Source of the DNA: Saccharolobus solfataricus
GTDB lineage: Archaea > Thermoproteota > Thermoprotei_A > Sulfolobales > Sulfolobaceae
Length of the DNA: 32,000 nt
Direction: 5' to 3'
Assembly (NCBI RefSeq): GCF_900079115.1
Contig: NZ_LT549890.1
Coordinates: forward strand, 300,001 to 332,000
The notes under the pieces: generated by a model
The model's input: the letters and a program-made list of their open reading frames with translations, nothing else
What the model was told of the DNA's origin: nothing
Databases searched by the model: none
Part shown: in pieces, positions 26,044-32,000 of the stretch
Position numbering within the stretch: the stretch's first letter is position 1
How the letters are laid out: the number at the start of each line of letters is the position of its first letter
Program-made: the position numbers and the translations under genes

Positions 26044-27811
26044 CCGTTACTGTTTTCGCTAGGTTCCTAGGCTTATCTGGATCATATCCTCTCTTAACAG
26101 AAGCATAATACGCAATAAGTTGAATTATTGGCGCTATGGCAAGTGAAGAAAGTTTTTCGCTAGTATTTACTAGAATTTCAGTATCTGCGAAATTAAGTCT
26201 CTTATTCACACTTATTGAATAAGTCTTGCCACCTCTAGCTTTCATCTCTTGCAAATTCTTCTCTAATTCATCTACTAGTTCACCATCATTTACGAAGATT
26301 ATTGGAAATCCACTCTCTACTAACGCTATTGGACCATGTTTACTTTCGCCGGCTGGATACGCTTCTGCATGAATGTATGCTATTTCCTTTATCTTTAATG
26401 CCCCTTCCATAGCTAAAGGTACTCCTAGACCTCTTCCTAAATAATAAACGTTGTTCTTGTTAGCTAATTCCTCCCCAATCTTCTTAGCAAATCCTTCAGT
26501 CTCAGTTATTACATTTCTAACTGTCTCATGAGCAGTTTCCAGATACGAAATGCTTTCTTTTTCTATTAGGGAATATAAGAAAAGTAAGGATACTATCTCA
26601 GATGTGAAAGTTTTTGTAGCAGCTACCCCTATTTCTGGCCCAGCTCTCATATATAATTTGTAATGACTTTCCCTAGCTATGTCGCTCTCAATTACGTTTG
26701 TTAATGCAATTATCTTAGCCCCTTCATCCTTGAATTTCCTAATTCCCATTTTCACGTCGAGAGTTTCTCCACTCTGACTTATGGCAAGTACAATATCACC
26801 CTTTCTAGCTCTAAAATTGTGGTATTCAGATGCAATTAATGGAATAACCGTATACCCCTTTCTTGTAAGTAATAGGGAGAAATATAGTCCAGCGTGATAA
26901 CTCGTCCCTGCAGCTGTAACTATTATTCTAGAGGACTCTCTTATTTCCTCAGCGATTTCATTTATCTTATCAACTTCACTTAAAAGTCCAGAAATTGTGT
27001 CTTTAACAGCTATTGGGCTCTCATGGATTTCCTTAAGCATAAAGTGAGGATATCCTTGCTTAGAGGCTGATGATGCGTCCCAATCTATAATTTTTATTCT
27101 ACTTGTAACATCTATTGGATTACCGTTTTCGTCTTCCATATAAACAGTATTTGGCGTAACATATCCTAGCTCTCCATCAGATATTACTATAACCTTTCTA
27201 GTATAAGGTAAAAATGAAGGTATATCACTAGCCACAAACGTCTTATCATCTCCTAATCCTATTACTAATGGGTTATCTCTCTTTGCAAAGAAAATTCTTC
27301 TCTCTCCCTTAACTATTGCTAAAACTGCATAACTGCCTTGAATGTTCTTTATTGCGCTTCTAAACGCTTGAAAAGTATCCATACCTCTCTTCATGTATTC
27401 CTCCATCATATGGGGTATTACTTCGGTGTCAGTCTCGCTTTTGAACTTATGGCCTAGAGCTTGTAACTCATCCCTTAGCTCTTTAAAGTTCCTTATTGTT
27501 CCATTATGAATCACTGCTATATTATTGATGCAATCTGTGTGAGGATGAGCATTGTAATCAGTAGGAGCTCCATGAGTAGCCCATCTGGTATGTCCTAAAA
27601 ATGCGTAACCAGATAATTCTTTAATATTTTTCTTTCTCACTACTTCCTCAACAGTACCTTTAGCCTTTCTGACCTCTAAATTACCGCCTGAAAGTGCTGC
27701 AACACCAACACTATCATAACCCCTATACTCTAATCTATTAAGGCATGAGACTACTAATTCAGCTAGTCTATTACTTTCCTTATTTGACACAATCCCTATA
27801 ATTCCACACAC
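26036..27811 (-). CDS. glmS: Glutamine--fructose-6-phosphate aminotransferase (isomerising)
   Basis: MCGIIGIV provides the N-terminal nucleophile Cys, followed by a GATase-2 domain, two SIS domains and the C-terminal LAKTVTVE. Confidence 0.95.
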   Translation of the reverse strand: MCGIIGIVSNKESNRLAELVVSCLNRLEYRGYDSVGVAALSGGNLEVRKAKGTVEEVVRKKNIKELSGYAFLGHTRWATHGAPTDYNAHPHTDCINNIAVIHNGTIRNFKELRDELQALGHKFKSETDTEVIPHMMEEYMKRGMDTFQAFRSAIKNIQGSYAVLAIVKGERRIFFAKRDNPLVIGLGDDKTFVASDIPSFLPYTRKVIVISDGELGYVTPNTVYMEDENGNPIDVTSRIKIIDWDASSASKQGYPHFMLKEIHESPIAVKDTISGLLSEVDKINEIAEEIRESSRIIVTAAGTSYHAGLYFSLLLTRKGYTVIPLIASEYHNFRARKGDIVLAISQSGETLDVKMGIRKFKDEGAKIIALTNVIESDIARESHYKLYMRAGPEIGVAATKTFTSEIVSLLFLYSLIEKESISYLETAHETVRNVITETEGFAKKIGEELANKNNVYYLGRGLGVPLAMEGALKIKEIAYIHAEAYPAGESKHGPIALVESGFPIIFVNDGELVDELEKNLQEMKARGGKTYSISVNKRLNFADTEILVNTSEKLSSLAIAPIIQLIAYYASVKRGYDPDKPRNLAKTVTVE

Positions 27812-27851
27812 ATTAATCTATCTTTTAAGCACTGGTAAATTAGACTTTTCC

Positions 27852-28796
27852 TTATAGTATCGAAAAAATGACACCATCTTTAGTTAGTGTAGAATTAACT
27901 ATTCTAGCGTTGTAACTCCTCAGAAGAACTTCAGCCTCAACGGACTTTATACATATTATGGAACCCCCAGCCCCTCCCCCACTGATCTTACAACCTTTTA
28001 TTCCCAATTGTTTAGCTCTAGAAACAATCTCATCAGCTTCTGGTGAAGTTATTCCTAATGAAAACAATAATCCATGATTTACGTACATTAAGAGTCCTAA
28101 TTCCTCGAAATTTTGTTCGACTATTAAAGATTTAGCCCTATTAGTTATCTCGCCTATCACATCTAATATGTTCTCAAAGACTTCCTTGTTTGACTCCTTA
28201 AGCGTTCTAACACGCCATAAAACATCAGCAGTACTCATACTCCTCCTTATGTATCCTGCAGTCAGTTCAAAATTGGTATCTATTTTTTCAAATCCCTTTC
28301 CACCAGCTGGAAAGTAAATTAGCCCACCATAAGTTTCAGTATAAGTATCCATCCTACTGGCTATTCCTTGAACCTTTAACTCTATATTGTGCGAGATTTT
28401 GGCTATTTCATCTCTGCTTAAATCAATACCCAAATATTTAGAGTAAGCAGCAACAGTGCCAACAATAACTGCAGCACTAGTACCTAATCCAACAGAAGGT
28501 TCGACTGTTGAATTTATTTCTATTTTAACTGGCTTCTTCATTTCAAAATAGTTCAACACCTCAAATACATATCTAAGTACTTTCTTAGCCTCATCGCTCT
28601 CAATTTTCATCTCATTTAAATCTAACTTAACCCCTTTTATATTAAGGGATGGAGATATAATTAGGAACTTGTCGTTTTCACTTACCTTTACCTTTAAACT
28701 TTCTGAAATAGTCATTGCGATTGCTGGTCTATCGTAAACTACAGCATGTTCCCCAAATAATGTCAGCTTCAACGGAACCTTAGCTTCAACCATCAT
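27852..28796 (-). CDS. mvk: Mevalonate kinase (GHMP family)
   Basis: KLTLFGEHAVVYDRPAIAMTI, the GHMP motif GLGTSAAV, and KISGGGAGGS near the C-terminus. Confidence 0.85.
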   Translation of the reverse strand: MMVEAKVPLKLTLFGEHAVVYDRPAIAMTISESLKVKVSENDKFLIISPSLNIKGVKLDLNEMKIESDEAKKVLRYVFEVLNYFEMKKPVKIEINSTVEPSVGLGTSAAVIVGTVAAYSKYLGIDLSRDEIAKISHNIELKVQGIASRMDTYTETYGGLIYFPAGGKGFEKIDTNFELTAGYIRRSMSTADVLWRVRTLKESNKEVFENILDVIGEITNRAKSLIVEQNFEELGLLMYVNHGLLFSLGITSPEADEIVSRAKQLGIKGCKISGGGAGGSIICIKSVEAEVLLRSYNARIVNSTLTKDGVIFSIL

Positions 28797-28834
28797 TACA
28801 TGAAAAAGTCTAGGTTTAAAATAATAAAGTTCAT

Positions 28835-29074
28835 TTACGTATTTTAGATAGGCTTCTTCTCCGATATAGCAGTTTGGTAAGAATCGTTCTTAAAATTATG
28901 TAAATTACTAGAACTTACACAAACATTAACGAAGCTGAGTATACGAATACGAACATTACGTATACTATGAGTTGTTTCAAGAAAACACTAGCCGTGATCT
29001 AATAGAAGCTAATAGCTGTAGCATAGAGAATTAATTATATTTGCATTAAGAAATTTATTTTATTTTTTACGTAT
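28835..29074. repeat. Three dispersed copies of TTACGTAT (28835-28842, 28956-28963, 29067-29074) in one non-coding gap
   Basis: Seen directly. The first and third copies share the 10-mer TTTACGTATT. The core TACGTA is palindromic. Confidence 0.8.
28938..28966. repeat. Inverted repeat: 8-bp stem AGTATACG/CGTATACT with a 13-nt loop
   Basis: Seen directly at 28938-28945 and 28959-28966. The right arm contains the middle TTACGTAT copy. Confidence 0.8.
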
Positions 29075-29102
29075 TATTTCAAAAATTTTTCACATAATGA
29101 AC

Positions 29103-30263
29103 TCAGTTATTTTTATGCCTATAAAGAGTATAATAAAGTGGTAAATTCTGCCTTTCTTTAACCTCATCCTTTATTTCCTTTACTAACTCCTCAACAGTCA
29201 TACTTTTCTGCTCATTCCTCGCTCTGATTTTTACAGTAAGAGTATTAGTCTTTACTTCCCTTTCTCCTATAACTATAACGAAAGGTATCCAGTCAGTTCC
29301 GGCTCTTCTTATCTTATTTCCTAAGCTATCATCTAGGTCGTCAATGTTAACTCTTATTCCCTCCTTTCTTAACCTTTCAGCAACTTGTATCGAGAAATCC
29401 AAGAAGTCTTTCTTAACTGGCAAAAGTCTAACTTGAATTGGATTAAGCCAATCCGGTAATGTGGGAGGCTGTTGTTTAACCGACTCTAAAATGAAGTAAT
29501 ATATTAATCTTCCGACGTCTACGTAGATTTTACTCTCATTAACCCACCAGACCCTAATCCTATTTTTACTATCGTTAATTTCCTTGGGAAAATTTAACTC
29601 TCTAACACCACCATACACTACCACTATCCTAGGATTCTCATTGATACATGGGAGAATTCTTCCGCTCTCAACGTTTTGATAAAGTATACTCATTTCACCA
29701 TCACGTACGTTCTCGTTATTTTCAGATTCGAAAAGCGGTTGAAACAAGTTCCTTAAATACCCTATTGTAGCTCTCCTCATGAACGCACTTTCAGAGGAGC
29801 TAGGAAATCCAAATTTTTCACAATACTTTAACTCCTCACTTTTCTCCAACTCCTCAGTTTTTCTTATTCTCCTAGATAACTCACTTAAAGGATGACCATA
29901 GCAAGATATTGAAAAAGCCTTATACCAACCAAATGGCGCCCTATAAACCTTTACCTTATCCTTTAATAGATTCTCCAAGGATTCAAGTATCTTTATTGCA
30001 GTATCTGGGTTTGCTAAATTAGAAGATAGGTGAGCGTAAGGGTAAATAACCACAGAATCCGCTTTTACCTTACTATAAACGTCTAAGATATCGTCTATTG
30101 CTTTGCTTAAAATCTCCTCATCATCTCCTTTCTCCACTGTAGTAAAACAGACTAGAGTGTTCTTCAGCTCTATCGATTTTAATTTTGCTTCTTCTGGTTC
30201 CTTAATAGCTCTTTCCTTTACATTAAATGAGAAGTCAGATGCGTGAATAAATAGTATTATCAC
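29103..30263 (-). CDS. Free-standing threonyl-tRNA synthetase editing paralogue (ThrRS-ed): archaeal editing domain, remnant catalytic region and anticodon-binding domain
   Basis: The N-terminus (MIILFIHASDFSFNVKERAIKEPEE...VIYPYAHLSSNLANP...APFGWYKAFSISCYGHPLSELSR) matches the archaeal ThrRS N-terminal editing domain. Only about 130 aa follow before the PDWLNPIQVRLLPV anticodon-binding-domain junction. Confidence 0.75.
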   Translation of the reverse strand: MIILFIHASDFSFNVKERAIKEPEEAKLKSIELKNTLVCFTTVEKGDDEEILSKAIDDILDVYSKVKADSVVIYPYAHLSSNLANPDTAIKILESLENLLKDKVKVYRAPFGWYKAFSISCYGHPLSELSRRIRKTEELEKSEELKYCEKFGFPSSSESAFMRRATIGYLRNLFQPLFESENNENVRDGEMSILYQNVESGRILPCINENPRIVVVYGGVRELNFPKEINDSKNRIRVWWVNESKIYVDVGRLIYYFILESVKQQPPTLPDWLNPIQVRLLPVKKDFLDFSIQVAERLRKEGIRVNIDDLDDSLGNKIRRAGTDWIPFVIVIGEREVKTNTLTVKIRARNEQKSMTVEELVKEIKDEVKERQNLPLYYTLYRHKNN

Positions 30264-30285
30264 AAATTACGGTTACTTTAAACGT

Positions 30286-31554
30286 TTATAAACTAATTTC
30301 TTGACCATTTTCCGGAGTTATAACTTCAACCCCAATCTCTTGCTTTATTAGATCCGCTAAAGATGATTCATTATCTGGAGAACCATGAACGAGCACGACT
30401 TTTTCCAAATCCTTAACGGATTTAACTATTTCCAACAACTGTCTTCTTCCAGCGTGACTTGAAAAGTCAAAGATTTCTAACCTAGCCTTTAACAATCCAG
30501 AATACTCATCGAACTTACCCATTTCTAATAGCTTCCTTCCCGGAGTGTTAATAGCTTGGTAACTGACTAAGAATACCGCATTCTTACTATTTTCTGATAG
30601 CTTTTTGAAGTAATAAACGGCTGGCCCACCCTTAAGCATTCCCGCACTCGCAACGATAACCCCTTTCTCCTTCCATGCTCTATGCCTATCCTCCCAGCCC
30701 TTAACGTAATTGAAATTATCATAAGCCTTCTTAAGCAGATCTGGTCTATTCAAAAACTCTTTAAAACCAAGCATTATCTCCGTTATCTCTCTGGACATAC
30801 CGTCATAATAAACTGGATAAGGAAAATTCCTTTCCGCCAATACAGATAAGACTTCCTGGCTCCTAGCTAAACTAAAAGCTGGTACTAAAACAGTCCCACC
30901 GCTTTCTACTACTTCCATAACCTTATCGTAGAAATCGTTTTCAACATCTTTTCTATTTGGATGATTAAACTTGCCATAAGTTGACTCCATAACTAAAACA
31001 TTTGCATCTCCTATATTCTCAATTTCTGCAGGTTTCATTAATTTGGTCTCCGTTAAGTTAATATCCCCCGTAAAGGCTATTACGCCTTTCTCTGACGATA
31101 CCTTAATAATAGAACTTCCCGGTATGTGCCCAGCATTGTAAAGCGAAACTTTCAAACTATCTATTTCTACTTCTTCCCCATACCCAATTGCCATGAAATT
31201 GTCCATTGTTTTCCTTACTTCAACCCATTCGTACGGTATTTTAGCTCCAGAAAGCTTTAGAAAATCCTTTAGCATTGTCTCAGTTATTATCCTAGTGGCC
31301 ACAGTGCCATAGACCTTAGTGTTCAATGAACCTATTTGATAAATAGGTAAAGCTCCTATATGGTCTAGATGTGCATGAGATACGACAAAGCCCTTCACCT
31401 TACCTGGCATTTCTTGCAACGGAAAATTAGGATTGTCCTTTTCATCGAAGTTTACACCATAGTCTAGTATTATGCTACCATCACTATTTCCAACCTCAAT
31501 GGCAGATCTACCTACTTCTCTTCCACCACCTAATATTTTCAGAAAGTAATTCAT
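30286..31554 (-). CDS. beta-CASP metallo-beta-lactamase ribonuclease (aCPSF2 type, no KH domains)
   Basis: [15 protein letters not shown], the HxHxDH motif ([10 protein letters not shown]), and the later beta-CASP segments. I prefer the start [11 protein letters not shown] at 31554, giving 423 aa. Confidence 0.8.
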   Translation of the reverse strand: MNYFLKILGGGREVGRSAIEVGNSDGSIILDYGVNFDEKDNPNFPLQEMPGKVKGFVVSHAHLDHIGALPIYQIGSLNTKVYGTVATRIITETMLKDFLKLSGAKIPYEWVEVRKTMDNFMAIGYGEEVEIDSLKVSLYNAGHIPGSSIIKVSSEKGVIAFTGDINLTETKLMKPAEIENIGDANVLVMESTYGKFNHPNRKDVENDFYDKVMEVVESGGTVLVPAFSLARSQEVLSVLAERNFPYPVYYDGMSREITEIMLGFKEFLNRPDLLKKAYDNFNYVKGWEDRHRAWKEKGVIVASAGMLKGGPAVYYFKKLSENSKNAVFLVSYQAINTPGRKLLEMGKFDEYSGLLKARLEIFDFSSHAGRRQLLEIVKSVKDLEKVVLVHGSPDNESSLADLIKQEIGVEVITPENGQEISL

Positions 31555-31612
31555 TTGTGAAATATCGTAACCGCAAACTATTAAGTTTACTTCCTCTTCA
31601 ATAAAACATGTA

Positions 31613-31963
31613 ATGGCAAAAATAAAACCCTCTGATCTAAAGAAAATGGAAAGAATGGGAATAAAAACTGAACAAATAAATGCAACTAGAGTGATAATTG
31701 AGACTAATGAAAAGAATATAGTAATTGAAAATCCTACCGTTATGAAAACAAATGTCATGGGCAATGAGGCAATTGTTATATATGGTGGGCAAACCAGGGA
31801 AGAGAAAAAGCAGAGTCAAATTGAAATAAAAGATGAAGATGTAAAATTTGTCGCTGAACAAACTGGTAAAAGCGAAAAAGACGCCAGAGAGGCCTTAGTT
31901 AAGGCAAATGGCGACATAGCAAAGGCAATTATGATTCTGCAAGGAGAGACCTCAAACCCTTAA
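31613..31963 (+). CDS. nac: Nascent polypeptide-associated complex protein (archaeal NAC, with a C-terminal UBA domain)
   Basis: A NAC domain ([32 protein letters not shown]) and a UBA-like tail ([22 protein letters not shown]). Confidence 0.85.
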   Translation: MAKIKPSDLKKMERMGIKTEQINATRVIIETNEKNIVIENPTVMKTNVMGNEAIVIYGGQTREEKKQSQIEIKDEDVKFVAEQTGKSEKDAREALVKANGDIAKAIMILQGETSNP

Positions 31964-32000
31964 TTAAATCCTCCTCAGTTGGTTTCATAGAGACAATGAT

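Noticed and set aside
31555-31764. A 70-aa hydrophobic N-terminal extension of the beta-CASP RNase, as drawn in the ORF track.
   Set aside because: The extension overlaps the divergent NAC gene and has no counterpart in aCPSF2 proteins. [15 protein letters not shown] at 31554 is the family-typical N-terminus.
1-32000. The remaining short antisense ORFs in the track: 1823-2074, 3306-3524, 5074-5397, 5581-5763, 6251-6469, 6721-6939, 8108-8314, 9167-9367, 10016-10264, 11431-11667, 13984-14262, 14830-15111, 15990-16193, 16436-16663, 17905-18147, 18308-18496, 18487-18672, 19501-19839, 21052-21315, 21565-21753, 25734-25958 and 31637-31861.
   Set aside because: Each lies wholly inside, and antisense to or out of frame with, a gene that has strong family motifs. 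Their compositions are hydrophobic or low-complexity, with no motif support.
31928-32000. A possible 3' end of a minus-strand gene (...[23 protein letters not shown]) overlapping the NAC 3' end by 36 nt.
   Set aside because: Only 24 codons are visible at the window edge, so there is no way to judge whether it codes.
1-32000. C/D-box sRNAs, tRNAs, rRNAs, CRISPR repeats and IS elements.
   Set aside because: - The RUGAUGA-like strings I found (for example near 9043, 21886 and 16651) lie inside CDSs and lack properly spaced CUGA boxes.
- There are no GC-rich structured stretches typical of thermophile tRNAs or rRNAs.
- There are no regularly spaced direct repeats.
- There is no transposase or terminal inverted repeat signature.

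The by-eye scan could have missed short RNAs.

Overview
This is an AT-rich, very tightly packed archaeal chromosome segment. Gene content and protein sequences match the core genome of a Sulfolobales crenarchaeon of the Saccharolobus/Sulfolobus solfataricus-islandicus type. Supporting traits are a free-standing ThrRS editing paralogue, XerA, Ser/Thr-stalked surface proteins, leaderless-style TATA spacing and many 4-nt ATGA gene overlaps. I support about 40 protein genes.

Gene content, in window order:
- A minus-strand ribosomal/translation cluster: S19e, a PDCD5-like protein, L39e, L31e, aIF6, LX and prefoldin alpha.
- NAPRT, an AbrB-PhoU regulator and a DUF711-like protein.
- A DsrE-like/TusA-like/CysK-like block followed by a mini-ORF and an atypical kinase-fold protein.
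- MoaA, an M24 peptidase, GTP cyclohydrolase I, an HTH-PBP fusion regulator and glutamine synthetase.
- An overlapped operon of an ANL-enzyme, a thioredoxin and an orphan ABC-type ATPase.
- beta-RFAP synthase, an NSUN6-like PUA-m5C methyltransferase, a gamma-CA-like LbH protein and a radical SAM enzyme.
- XerA, a CPA2 antiporter with CBS domains, a PduO-type adenosyltransferase and an OCD/mu-crystallin protein.
- A glycoprotein-like surface protein, a GlmU-like enzyme, GlmS, mevalonate kinase, ThrRS-ed, aCPSF2 and NAC.

I recognised no rRNA, tRNA, CRISPR array, IS element/transposase or integrated element. Most of the window is ordinary housekeeping DNA, and I see no clear-cut novel system such as a defence island.

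The stretches least explained by textbook functions are:
1. The ANL-thioredoxin-ABC ATPase operon, in which both nucleotide-handling proteins have eroded catalytic motifs (13575-15932).
2. The cysteine-free DsrE-like/TusA-like/CysK-like block with its downstream mini-ORF and kinase-like gene (5860-8247).
3. The translationally coupled gamma-CA-like/radical SAM pair (17887-19361).
4. The HTH-PBP regulator and a clustered TTTCACAT motif flanking glnA.
5. An unusually long 306-bp non-coding gap with repeated TTACGTAT motifs (28797-29102).

All functional calls come from motif and sequence recognition by eye. No database search was run.
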